Origin: an uncultured cyanobacterium
GTDB taxonomy: Bacteria; Cyanobacteriota; Cyanobacteriia; Cyanobacteriales; Nostocaceae
Reading direction: 5' to 3'
NCBI GenBank assembly: GCA_963740315.1
Contig: CAVUDP010000002.1
Span: forward strand, 2,720,001 to 2,784,000
DNA length: 64,000 bases
The position numbers were made by a program, and so were the translations under genes. Under the pieces are notes generated by a model, which saw nothing but the letters and a program-made list of their open reading frames with translations, did no database searches and was not told where the DNA came from. Of the stretch, positions 10,174 through 20,221 are shown in pieces; positions within the stretch are counted from its first letter, which is position 1; each line of letters begins with the position of its first letter.

Positions 10174-11652
10174 ATGAAAGCAATTATGGTAGTGGGAACA
10201 ACATCCCACGCAGGGAAATCACTTTTATGCGCCGCAATTTGTCGTATTTTATCACGACGCGGTTGGCGAGTGGCTCCCTTTAAAGGTCAGAATATGGCTA
10301 ATAATGCTTATGTCACAGCTAATGGCGGAGAAATTGGTTATGCACAAGCGGTACAAGCTTGGGCTGCGGGGATAGTTCCTTTGATAGAAATGAACCCGGT
10401 TTTACTCAAACCCCAAGGAGATATGACTTCTCAAGTGATTATCAAGGGTAAGGCTGTTGGGAAGGTAAGCGCCACAGATTACTACGAGCAATATTTTGAC
10501 ATCGGATGGCGAGCTATTGAAGAATCCTTACATAATTTGGGAACGGAATTTGATTTATTAGTTTGTGAAGGTGCTGGTAGCCCCGCCGAAATTAATCTCA
10601 AACACCGCGATTTAACTAATATGCGAGTTGCCAAGCATCTAAATGCGATGACTTTATTAGTCGTTGACATCGAGCGTGGTGGAGCTTTTGCTCACGTTGT
10701 CGGCACTTTGGAACTATTGGAACCAGACGAACGCGCTTTAATTAAAGGGATTGTAATTAATAAGTTCCGGGGACAGCGATCGATTTTGGAACCGGGAATT
10801 AAATGGTTAGAAGAACGTACTGGTATTCCTGTAGTAGGAGTTATCCCTTACTTAGAACAAGTATTTCCTGCTGAAGACTCACTCGATTTACTCGACAGAA
10901 AACCCCGCAAGTTTAATGGCGAACTAAATATTTCTGTAATTAAGTTACCAAGAATCGCCAACTTTACAGATTTTGACCCCCTCGAATCAGAACCTACCGT
11001 TGGGGTAAAATACTTGAGTCCGAAGCATGATTTGGGACATCCAGATGCAGTAATTCTCCCAGGTACAAAAACTACAATACCCGACTTATTGCTATTGCAA
11101 AGAACGGGAATGGCTGAGCAAATTCAAAATTATGCAGCAGCAGGCGGTACGGTATTAGGAATCTGTGGCGGTTTCCAAATTTTAGGTCAAATGATAGCCG
11201 ATCCAGAAGGGATAGAAGGGCAAGCTGGTAGATTCGGAGGTTTGGGATTATTACCTGTTAAAAGCGTAATTACAGGACAAAAAATTGCCCGACAACGCCA
11301 AGTTACCTCTAATTTTCCTCAAGCTGGCTTACCAGTTCATGGCTTTGAAATCCACCAAGGACGATCGCGCATTGAAACTCAAGGTCCTTCTGCTCAAGGT
11401 TTCGAGGCTTTATTTGACGATGTGAATTTAGGTTTAGTTGATAAGTGTCAGTCGGTTTGGGGTACTTATCTTCACGGTATGTTTGATAACGGACCTTGGC
11501 GACGGGCTTGGTTAAATCGCTTACGTCAACAACGTGGTTTAAAATCTCTACCTACTGGTGTTCCAAACTACCGCGAACAAAGAGAAAAACTGTTAGATTC
11601 TTTAGCTGTAAATGTAGAACGCTATTTAGACTTAAGCGTTTTATTGTCGTAG
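10174..11652 (+). CDS. cobQ: Cobyric acid synthase
   Basis: GTTSHAGKS, PFKGQNM, EGAGSPAEINL, and glutaminase domain GICGGFQ...GTYLHG. Confidence 0.95.
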   Translation: MKAIMVVGTTSHAGKSLLCAAICRILSRRGWRVAPFKGQNMANNAYVTANGGEIGYAQAVQAWAAGIVPLIEMNPVLLKPQGDMTSQVIIKGKAVGKVSATDYYEQYFDIGWRAIEESLHNLGTEFDLLVCEGAGSPAEINLKHRDLTNMRVAKHLNAMTLLVVDIERGGAFAHVVGTLELLEPDERALIKGIVINKFRGQRSILEPGIKWLEERTGIPVVGVIPYLEQVFPAEDSLDLLDRKPRKFNGELNISVIKLPRIANFTDFDPLESEPTVGVKYLSPKHDLGHPDAVILPGTKTTIPDLLLLQRTGMAEQIQNYAAAGGTVLGICGGFQILGQMIADPEGIEGQAGRFGGLGLLPVKSVITGQKIARQRQVTSNFPQAGLPVHGFEIHQGRSRIETQGPSAQGFEALFDDVNLGLVDKCQSVWGTYLHGMFDNGPWRRAWLNRLRQQRGLKSLPTGVPNYREQREKLLDSLAVNVERYLDLSVLLS

Positions 11653-11749
11653 TTAGTCGTTAGTTGTTAGCTGTTAGTTGTTAAATTAGTCAGTATATGA
11701 TGGTAGCACCCAAGTACCTTATTCTCCCCCATCACCGCGATCGATAATT

Positions 11750-11832
11750 AACTCCTAACTCCTAACTCCTAACTCCTAACTCCTAACTCCTAAAGGTTAC
11801 TGAGCTTGTCGAAGTACTCCTAACTCCTAACT
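11750..11832. repeat. STRR (CTCCTAA)n array interrupted by a ~24-bp short dispersed repeat (AGGTTACTGAGCTTGTCGAAGTAC)
   Basis: Heptamer tandem visible; the insert at 11794-11817 matches 28461-28511 in reverse complement. Confidence 0.85.
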
Positions 11833-11840
11833 AATAAAAC

Positions 11841-12080
11841 ATGAGCGTTCAAGTTAACTTTTTACCGGATAATGTTACAGTTGATGCCGAAATTGGAGAA
11901 TCTCTACTCGATGTCGCCGATCGCGCAGGTGTATTGATTCCTACAGGTTGTTTAATGGGCTCTTGTCACGCTTGCACGGTAGAGGTAAAAGGGGGAGATG
12001 TTATCCGCGCTTGCATCAGTTCCGTACCAGCAGGACGAGAAGAATTGACCATTAGTATATTCACCGATCCTACTTGGTGA
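11841..12080 (+). CDS. 2Fe-2S ferredoxin-like protein
   Basis: CX4CX2C...C motif (GCLMGSCHAC...RAC). Confidence 0.85.
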   Translation: MSVQVNFLPDNVTVDAEIGESLLDVADRAGVLIPTGCLMGSCHACTVEVKGGDVIRACISSVPAGREELTISIFTDPTW

Positions 12081-12091
12081 TCGCCTTTTAA

Positions 12092-12541
12092 CTATTTTTG
12101 GGAATTAACATACGTGTGAGCGTATTCCTTAAACCTTTCCAAATTTTGTTGCAGGGTTGATTCTACAACTCGTCCTAAAAATAAATTATCCATAAGTTTG
12201 CCAATAATACCGGGTATTGCATAACCAACGGTAAGTTTAACAACGCTACTATTTTGACGGTCGTAAAATCTTACCGCTCCTCTATTCGGTAAACCATCAA
12301 CCGATTCCCATTGGATTATCTGATGGTGAACCAACTTTACAATTCGCGATCGCCAACTAAATTTAAATCCACCAGTGTCTAATTTCCACAGGGATAATTC
12401 TGGATTGTCTTCGAGAACTTTAACCGAATCAATCCATTTCATCCAGCGAGGCATCTGCTCTAAATCAGACCACATACCCCATATTACGTCCATAGGAGCG
12501 TCTACCTCTACTTGTACGGTATGCTCCAACCAGTTAGCCAT
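12092..12541 (-). CDS. SRPBCC/polyketide cyclase-dehydrase family protein
   Basis: WSDLEQMPRWMKWI, WESVDGLPNRGAVRF; directly downstream of crtQ. Confidence 0.85.
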   Translation of the reverse strand: MANWLEHTVQVEVDAPMDVIWGMWSDLEQMPRWMKWIDSVKVLEDNPELSLWKLDTGGFKFSWRSRIVKLVHHQIIQWESVDGLPNRGAVRFYDRQNSSVVKLTVGYAIPGIIGKLMDNLFLGRVVESTLQQNLERFKEYAHTYVNSQK

Positions 12542-12557
12542 ATAGTTTTTTAAAAAG

Positions 12558-13997
12558 CTATTTTTTTACAGTTTCCAAAACAACCTTTGCAGCACGCCTT
12601 CCCGAAATTGTTGCACCTTCCATACTATCGATATAATCTTGCTGAGTGTAACTACCCGCAAGGAAGAAATTTTCTATCGGAGTTTTCTGGTGCGGACGAT
12701 AAACATCCATTCCCGGTGCTTCCCGGTACAACGACTGAGCAAGCTTAACGACACTATACCAGGTCATGTTTAATTCTCGCGAGGAAGGAAATAGCTCATG
12801 CACCTGGCTCAGGACGTGTTTGGCTATTTCTTCGTTATTTTTCTTAATAAAAGGGTCCCCTGGCGTGAGTACCAGTTGCATTAAAGAGCCACTACCTTCG
12901 CGATAATAATCAGCAGGACTAGTTAAAGCCAAATCGGCAAAGCAAGAAAAGTCCGCATCGGGAGTATAAAGTAAATTATCTATACCCGCAGCTTGCTGTA
13001 ACTGCTTGCGTTTCTGAGCATCGTGCATTTCTGTTACCCAGCCATCAAAGCGTAACTGCACTGTGGCGACTGGTACGGCATCCAACTTATAAATGTTGTC
13101 AAACTCCGACCATTTACGCCAATCCGGAGGTAACAAGCGAGTAATTCCAGGTACGTCACAAGCTGCGATGTAAGCATCGGCAGTTATGTGTTCTTGTGTA
13201 TCGCCATTTGCAACTACCAGTCCATCTACCTGGGTTTTACCTTCAATTTCGCTAAACTTAATTTCTCGGACTTGGCGACGAGTATAAATTTTAGTTCCTC
13301 TAGCTTGCAAATAATTACTGATTGGCTGGTGCAGGTACTCTTGGGGAGAACCTTCGAGCATCCGCAGTTGTGAAGCTTCTGTCCTGGCTGCAAATAACTG
13401 GAATATTGTCAACATACAGCGGGCGGACATATTTTCACAATCGATAAAGCCCAAAGCGTAAGCGATGGGGTTCCACATTTTTTCGATGCTTCCGTTGTTA
13501 CCTCCGTGACTGCGGAACCATTCTGCGAAGCTAATTTTATCTAACTCGCGGATGCTTCTCATTGCACCATCGAAGTCAACCAAACCGCGTACAACAGGAC
13601 TTGTCGCCAGTGCAAGAGAATTTTGCACTTTATCCTGTAACGACAACTGAGAAGTCGTGAAAAAAGCTTTCAATCCATTGAAGGGGGCACCAGTCAGGAA
13701 GCGAAAATCTAAAGCACCAGTACGCCCCCCTCGATTTATAAAATTATGGGTGTGTTCTTTTGGACGTAAGTTTTCAAATGCACCGACCTTTTTCATCAAA
13801 TCAAACAGTTGATAGTAGCACCCAAAAAAGACGTGCAATCCCATTTCCAGGTGATTACCATCGCTATCAACCCAACTACCGACTTTCCCACCAATAAATG
13901 GACGAGACTCGAAAATCTGGATTTCACAACCGGCATCGGCTAAATCCACAGCACACGATAAACCAGCTAGTCCCGCACCTACGATTGCAACTCGCAT
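12558..13997 (-). CDS. crtQ: 9,9'-di-cis-zeta-carotene desaturase (ZDS)
   Basis: [41 protein letters not shown]; start set at ATG 13997. Confidence 0.93.
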   Translation of the reverse strand: MRVAIVGAGLAGLSCAVDLADAGCEIQIFESRPFIGGKVGSWVDSDGNHLEMGLHVFFGCYYQLFDLMKKVGAFENLRPKEHTHNFINRGGRTGALDFRFLTGAPFNGLKAFFTTSQLSLQDKVQNSLALATSPVVRGLVDFDGAMRSIRELDKISFAEWFRSHGGNNGSIEKMWNPIAYALGFIDCENMSARCMLTIFQLFAARTEASQLRMLEGSPQEYLHQPISNYLQARGTKIYTRRQVREIKFSEIEGKTQVDGLVVANGDTQEHITADAYIAACDVPGITRLLPPDWRKWSEFDNIYKLDAVPVATVQLRFDGWVTEMHDAQKRKQLQQAAGIDNLLYTPDADFSCFADLALTSPADYYREGSGSLMQLVLTPGDPFIKKNNEEIAKHVLSQVHELFPSSRELNMTWYSVVKLAQSLYREAPGMDVYRPHQKTPIENFFLAGSYTQQDYIDSMEGATISGRRAAKVVLETVKK

Positions 13998-14160
13998 TCC
14001 GTTTTTTTTTGATTCAGTATCTTTAAAGATTGTAACTGAGTTGGTGTCGGAATTCGCCGTATCTAATGAAATGTAGCTACAAATCAATTTTTCACCCTGT
14101 GTTTTGATAAATTTTTAGCTTTTATGTCCTCTTAAAAGTTTTCTGGTTTTATCTATAAAA

Positions 14161-14331
14161 TTACCCCGCAACATCTTTGTTTTCTTCGGAGACGGATAAT
14201 CCTCGAATTAATTCTCGAATTACATCTGTTGCAGGTCTACCAGTTCGCTGGCAATATTTTTCCAGTTTGTCTGCTTCTTGTGCTGCAAGATTTACTGTTA
14301 TACGTTTTACAGCCCATTTCTTATTGGTCAT
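14161..14331 (-). CDS. CopG/ribbon-helix-helix DNA-binding protein, 56 aa (absent from the ORF track)
   Basis: Manual translation MTNKKWAVKRITVNLAAQEADKLEKYCQRTGRPATDVIRELIRGLSVSEENKDVAG shows beta strand RITVNL, helix, G turn, helix. Confidence 0.8.
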   Translation of the reverse strand: MTNKKWAVKRITVNLAAQEADKLEKYCQRTGRPATDVIRELIRGLSVSEENKDVAG

Positions 14332-14617
14332 TTTGTGATGTTATCTGCTGTATATTGACATCATTTGATCGATCGTAAATTAATAATGAGAGCGATAATC
14401 CTATCAGAGTTGCCAAAAGTAAACAAGGATTCGTATTAATACAAAAAGTAAAGTTTATCCTTGTATTATTCATCAAAGCAACGATATATCGATATCATCA
14501 TTTATTGCGGGAGCTTGGTAACGGTCATTGAAGGTACATTGGCTGCTTAAGAGAGCAAAACTTCTATATATAATCCGATAGAAGTAAATTTTATAAATTT
14601 AGTTGATAGACTTGCTG

Positions 14618-15760
14618 TTAAGCAAATAACGGTTTAGAAGTTTTTCTCCCTTGATAAGCATTTAATTCTCCGTCAAAATTACTTTCGCCGAATACTTCGG
14701 GAGAAAACATATGCCAAAGTACTTGAAAATACGGCATTAAAGTATTAGCTTGTTCTGTATTGAGGCGATCGCTAATTTCCTGTCCTAATAGATGTAGCAT
14801 TTGGCGAATGATTTCCCAATGTACTTTTAAGGTTGGATAAAGCATTACGCATAAAGGAAATAATTCCTGTTGGATAGCAGAAATATTTCCTTCTAAAGCA
14901 CATACCCATAAATAAACTTGAAACATTTCCACGTCGCGGATACTGGAAATAATCACTTTTTTGTTATTCAAGCAACCGGAATAAGAACGATAACCCGGAT
15001 ATAGCTGAATCACTTTTTGAGTAATACGAGTAGCAATATGAGTGCTATTTGGCAATAAATGCCGTACAGCCATCAAAGCTACAGAATCGCAATCAAGATT
15101 AGCTGCTGCGGTATAAGCGCGTTGCAGTGGCATATATAAATGGTCGTCGATCGCTTTAAAATAACCACTAAGCAAGCTTTGCTCTAAAGGTGAGAGTAAC
15201 TGTAAGAGCATTTGGCTAGTGTAGTGAAACTGCATACTTACAAAGCCAATTACTCTAGGATCTTGTTGCGTGTATTTTTGTCGTAAGGCTCCAAGGGAAG
15301 CACTAATAGCTTTTACTAACTGATTTGGAGCGGTATATAATGAGGGAACTTTAGAAGAAGATCGCAATTCTTTTGATAACTGCTGCGGCGGGGGTTGCTC
15401 GATGTAAACATCTAAAGCTTTTTCATAGATTTTGAAAGAATCTCCAGTAATTTCCCACGGATCGATCGTAGATGGTTTTATCCGATGTCGTTTCACCTCT
15501 TTAAATAGCAAATTTTCCGTTTTGTTCCAAGCTTGCAGACTAACATTTCGCATTGCGCCTCTAAGCTTTTGCGTTGTTTTTTCTCGTCCGACTTGGGATA
15601 ATAGTTCATTTAAGTTCTGAGTGTCGATCGGTTCATCGTCGGGGAAATCATCAAGGTTATGCAAATATTTTTTTGCCCATTGCATTCCTAAAGATTCAAT
15701 AGTGCCATTAAAATTTGGCTTTTTATATGAGTTGTAATTATTCTCTAGGTGTTCGTACAT
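14618..15760 (-). CDS. Hypothetical protein with phycobiliprotein/globin-like domain(s)
   Basis: 380-aa ORF; the C-terminal half aligns by eye to allophycocyanin subunits (see findings). Confidence 0.6.
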   Translation of the reverse strand: MYEHLENNYNSYKKPNFNGTIESLGMQWAKKYLHNLDDFPDDEPIDTQNLNELLSQVGREKTTQKLRGAMRNVSLQAWNKTENLLFKEVKRHRIKPSTIDPWEITGDSFKIYEKALDVYIEQPPPQQLSKELRSSSKVPSLYTAPNQLVKAISASLGALRQKYTQQDPRVIGFVSMQFHYTSQMLLQLLSPLEQSLLSGYFKAIDDHLYMPLQRAYTAAANLDCDSVALMAVRHLLPNSTHIATRITQKVIQLYPGYRSYSGCLNNKKVIISSIRDVEMFQVYLWVCALEGNISAIQQELFPLCVMLYPTLKVHWEIIRQMLHLLGQEISDRLNTEQANTLMPYFQVLWHMFSPEVFGESNFDGELNAYQGRKTSKPLFA

Positions 15761-16656
15761 ATAAATAAAAGTTTATAAACATATTTTCTATAAAACTATC
15801 AATCTACTGATTTCTCGATTGTATATCTATTTGTTTTAAATAAATTTTCACTTTACTTAATCTTTATTGAAATTTAAAAAAAAAGTTTTTTTTTTCTCTT
15901 TATAAAGTAATTACATTAATCGTGTAAAGTCTTTATTTGAAATATACAAATCAAACAGATAGCTTTGCCTTAAAAAAAACCGATCTTATCCAACTTTAAC
16001 TAAATGTATTTTTTGATATGCGATCTATTTAAATAAATCTATGATTATACGGAAAAAGATTCAACTATATTTTTATGCATCTTTTACTTATTTCATCTGT
16101 AAATGCAATTTTTAGCTGAATATTTATGTATTTTAAAATAGTTAAAAAGGTTAAAATTGCTTTGTTTTTAATTTATGCAGGTAAGATTTCCAAAAAATAT
16201 TAATTTATCACAGTTATTGGTTGAATGCAAACAGCTATAATATCGTTTCACCTTAAGCTGATGCATTTAGACAAGCATTATAAGCAATGTTGGAGAGTAA
16301 ACTTCTGGAAGTCATGCTTTGCAGATCGATAATCAACCAAGAATATGTGCGAACCATCAATTATAAAATCATATTTTGAAGTAAATATGCCCGGTATGTT
16401 TATTTAGTCATAGTCAGAATATTATAATATTTCAACTTACACGTACTTTTTTTAATTTTTAAAATCTATTTCAAGGTTGTTATAGATACTAATTGCAATT
16501 GGTACAAATCGCATTAAATTCATTAAATATCTATTTTAAATTGCGGTTTTTAATTAATTATCTAATTATTTATCTGATGTTATATAAAAATAACCGAGCA
16601 ACAAAAAAGACTGTTACTCTTATTACTGACGCTCAACCGTAGACAAATATTCCGTT

Positions 16657-18291
16657 TTATAATTGAGGCATTAATTGAAGAGTGCCAACACCTAACTCCT
16701 TGGGTGATACATAACGCGCTTCAAATAAAGCCATCATATCTCTTAGCTGGGGATTTCCACGAGAAGCCCCCGTCAATCCCTTGGCAATAATCAGACCGCA
16801 ATATCCCTTAGTATGTTTACAGCGTTGATTCCATTTTTGTCTCGCTTCTACATGAGTTGGGTCATCATCTTCAAATTCACCAAAAAGGAACAATTCTTGA
16901 TTTTGGGTTTGCAACAAACCCAGGTCGTAATGAGTACCATCAAAAGGATCTGCACCGGGATTAAAACAAATTGCTTGGAGTCCGCCGTATTTTTCTATAC
17001 ATTCAATTACCGTTTTTGCCTTGGGACGGGAGGTTTGAACTAATATTACTGGTAAGCCTTCACCTGCTTGTGCTATTTCACCAACTTTGTGATATTTAGA
17101 AGTATCTTCTAAGTATTCCAACATATCCCACGAAAGAACGCCTAAGCTAAGGAAAGAGTCGTCGGGTATTAAATCATCTCTTAACGATTTTAAAGCTGGT
17201 GAACTCAGCATTATTTCCTCATCATCTTCTTCGGAGAAACTTGACATTTGTTCTAATTCCGAAGCTAATTCCGTTTGAGTGGCGACGGTAACTGATAATG
17301 ATTTAGTTGTTGATTCTGAGGAGGACGGTAAAGATATACGATAACGATGGCTACATGAGGGAAACAAGCCATTACTTAAATTGCCACGTTGGTCGCGAAT
17401 AAAGCGATATAAAGCGGAATAAGCAACTAATGCAACTTTAGCTTCTTCTTCGTATAAAATAGACCGCACTCCTTCTAAAGGATGAATATTACCAAAAGTT
17501 GGATTGATTTCCGATAAGGGGAAATCTGCTAAATCGGTAAACATATCTTCTTCATCAGTAACCGAAGCGCGTTCAAAGGTGAGAAATAAACAATCTTGTT
17601 TGAGAAAAGCTTCTTCTAAATATTCTTGTGAAGAGTCTTCTTTTAAAACAGTGGCACGAAAATATTTCAGAGATTCTTCCGAACGATAAAGTAAAACTCC
17701 ATACTCCATACCTAGCATTCCCATTACTGAAGCATATAGAGTCCCAATGTCCCACTTATTAATTTCTATCGATAAAATCTGCTGTTCTTCTAAAAATTCC
17801 CAAGGCGCTAATTTCCAAATAGCAAAAGCTTTATCTTGTAATAACTTTGCATATTCTGGAGGTAAATCCGGAATTTGATTCTCAATAACCTCTGAAAAAC
17901 CACGAAACAGTTCATTAATTAACGGTAATTCGGGTACGCGATCGATAACAATATCTATATCTTGCAGTACACCCCGTAAATAAAACTGAATTTCCCGATC
18001 TTGAACTACAATTTTCTGAGGACGCGCTGGCAAGGCTGGACTGTGGGGACTTTCTATCGCTCGCATCAAAGTACGAACAACCGCTTCCGGACCTGCTTGG
18101 GGATTTACAACGTCCATTCCTCGCACAATTCCTTCTTGAGCATCAACCCAAAGAATGCATTCGTTTTGTTCTGATGAATCTTCCCCAGTGGCTTGTGATG
18201 ATACAAATGGACGGCGATCGCCTTCCCATACAGAAGGAATTTGGGGTAATTTCTTCAAACGACGGATGGTAGAGCGACTAAAACTTGTCAT
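16657..18291 (-). CDS. Conserved cyanobacterial hypothetical protein (possibly DUF6930-like)
   Basis: 544-aa acidic ORF with normal codon usage; family name from recall only. Confidence 0.6.
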   Translation of the reverse strand: MTSFSRSTIRRLKKLPQIPSVWEGDRRPFVSSQATGEDSSEQNECILWVDAQEGIVRGMDVVNPQAGPEAVVRTLMRAIESPHSPALPARPQKIVVQDREIQFYLRGVLQDIDIVIDRVPELPLINELFRGFSEVIENQIPDLPPEYAKLLQDKAFAIWKLAPWEFLEEQQILSIEINKWDIGTLYASVMGMLGMEYGVLLYRSEESLKYFRATVLKEDSSQEYLEEAFLKQDCLFLTFERASVTDEEDMFTDLADFPLSEINPTFGNIHPLEGVRSILYEEEAKVALVAYSALYRFIRDQRGNLSNGLFPSCSHRYRISLPSSSESTTKSLSVTVATQTELASELEQMSSFSEEDDEEIMLSSPALKSLRDDLIPDDSFLSLGVLSWDMLEYLEDTSKYHKVGEIAQAGEGLPVILVQTSRPKAKTVIECIEKYGGLQAICFNPGADPFDGTHYDLGLLQTQNQELFLFGEFEDDDPTHVEARQKWNQRCKHTKGYCGLIIAKGLTGASRGNPQLRDMMALFEARYVSPKELGVGTLQLMPQL

Positions 18292-18714
18292 AAAGTAGAT
18301 TTATTTCTTTTAGCATTCTGTGCAAATTTTATTTTTAGGAAAAGGACGACTTTTTTCCTGTATTAAAAAGCGGCGAGTATCCCGAAACACCAAACTTCGA
18401 TTTGAGGTTTTTTTTTATAAGTATGCCGAGTTTTTTAATTTTAGAATAAAAACCCATAGGAATGCTCTAATAAGGATGTGTACCAAGTCATGAATTGGGG
18501 AAAGAGTGGAATTTAATAAATTGAGCGTTGTTTAAAACATCTTTAAATCAAAATTAAACTGCAAACAGCTTCATCAATATCGCTAAAATGAATATAAGGG
18601 AAACAAATAGCGATGTGAATCAAGATGGGGCTATTGTTGTTTTGGGGTTCCTGCTTAGATTCACAGTCAGATTTGAGTGATGCCCTTCAGCATATTATTT
18701 TATTGGAGTTGAAA

Positions 18715-19068
18715 ATGACACAAGTAATTGAATCTCAACGAGGAATTCTACTAAGCGAAGCCGCACTGCGACAAGTTAAGTTATTGCAGGAGAAACAAGG
18801 AAATGACCTTTGCTTGCGGGTAGGAGTACGTCAAGGTGGTTGTTCTGGAATGTCTTACATGATGGATTTTGAAGACTCCAGTAAAATTGGCGACCACGAT
18901 GAAACCTTTGATTACGATGGCTTTAAGATTGTTTGCGACCGTAAAAGTTTATTATATCTCTATGGCTTGATGCTTGATTATAGCGATTCCTTGATTGGTG
19001 GAGGTTTTCAGTTTACCAATCCCAACGCTAACACTACTTGTGGTTGTGGTAAATCATTTGGTGTTTAA
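18715..19068 (+). CDS. iscA: HesB/IscA/SufA family Fe-S assembly A-type carrier
   Basis: GGCSGMSY and CGCGKSF motifs; ATG at 18715 after GGAG. Confidence 0.9.
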   Translation: MTQVIESQRGILLSEAALRQVKLLQEKQGNDLCLRVGVRQGGCSGMSYMMDFEDSSKIGDHDETFDYDGFKIVCDRKSLLYLYGLMLDYSDSLIGGGFQFTNPNANTTCGCGKSFGV

Positions 19069-19480
19069 CATAAATAGAAGTTTTTTGTTTTTTTCGTAAA
19101 TACTCCCAACAGGCTCGTTTATTACTGATGTAATTTCTTCTCCCCTACTCCTTCGATTCGGCGATCGGAACGAGTGGAGGAGTTGTTATTTAATAATAAG
19201 AACTTTCATCTCACACCAAATCGGGAAGGAAAGTGTGGGATGCAAGTCTTGGCTATGTTTATAGTAAAATGCGCTATGTAGGTGTAATTCAAATAAAATG
19301 CAGCCTACATTAAGAAATAGAATATTTTTTGTAAACCCAAAGTTCTTAAGACGTAGGGCTTAAAAGCTCAGTCAATGTCAACCTCCGAAGAGTTACACAG
19401 ATGCCTACACTGACTTATCACCGTGTAGGTACGTCATTAACAAAGGACTTTTGCTTATCGGGAGTTAGGATAGTTTTACT

Positions 19481-19900
19481 ATGACTCAAACAGTTGAAAC
19501 CCTGTTTGATACAGGTTTAGAAGGTTACAAAGCTGGAACCGACCCAGTTGAGTTGATTCCCATTTTTAAAGAAGTTTGCGATCGCGCACCTCAAAACTGT
19601 GCTGCGTGGACTTGTTTATCGTGGCTCTATATGCTCGATAGTAAACCAAAGCTGGCTTTAAAAGCTGCTCAAAAGGCTGTAAAGTTAAATCCTCAAGATC
19701 CCCAAGCAAGGGTTAATCTGGCTACAGCTATGTTGGAAACAGGTCAAAAAGGTTTACGGGATCACGTTGAGGTTGCTTCGCAGTTGATGATGGTTAACGA
19801 GGAATGGCACGACGAAATCAAAAGTAGTATTGAAGATGGTTTAACCAGAAAACCAGATTGGAAAAGTTTGGCGAAAATTAAAAGCTGGCTATTCGATTAA
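19481..19900 (+). CDS. TPR-repeat protein
   Basis: AWTCLSWLY...ALKAAQKAVKLNPQDPQARVNLA. Confidence 0.8.
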   Translation: MTQTVETLFDTGLEGYKAGTDPVELIPIFKEVCDRAPQNCAAWTCLSWLYMLDSKPKLALKAAQKAVKLNPQDPQARVNLATAMLETGQKGLRDHVEVASQLMMVNEEWHDEIKSSIEDGLTRKPDWKSLAKIKSWLFD

Positions 19901-19974
19901 TCGATTTAAAAGATTTGCTTTTATCTGTGGTATACAATCCACAGATTTTTCCCGATTCCTCCCCCATTCAAAAT

Positions 19975-20220
19975 ATGAAAGATAAATTGAAAAATTTGCT
20001 TAATACAGTTTTAGTCGCTGATGTTTTTCTAGTTTTAATCAGCTTTGGCTGGTTCGTTGTCGCAGTAATTGGTCGTAGTGCCCAAATTCCTCTCGGTTTG
20101 GATTTATGGTACAAGTTATGGGAACCTTTGTTTACTCCGGCAATTGGTATCTTAATGGCTGGTGCGCTCCTCAGCGGCATTATCAGTTGGATTTCTCGTA
20201 AGTTAGAAGTCCGTGAATAA
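19975..20220 (+). CDS. Small two-TM hypothetical membrane protein
   Basis: Two hydrophobic helices around LWYKLWEPLFTPAIG; ATG 19975. Confidence 0.7.
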   Translation: MKDKLKNLLNTVLVADVFLVLISFGWFVVAVIGRSAQIPLGLDLWYKLWEPLFTPAIGILMAGALLSGIISWISRKLEVRE

Positions 20221-20221
20221 A

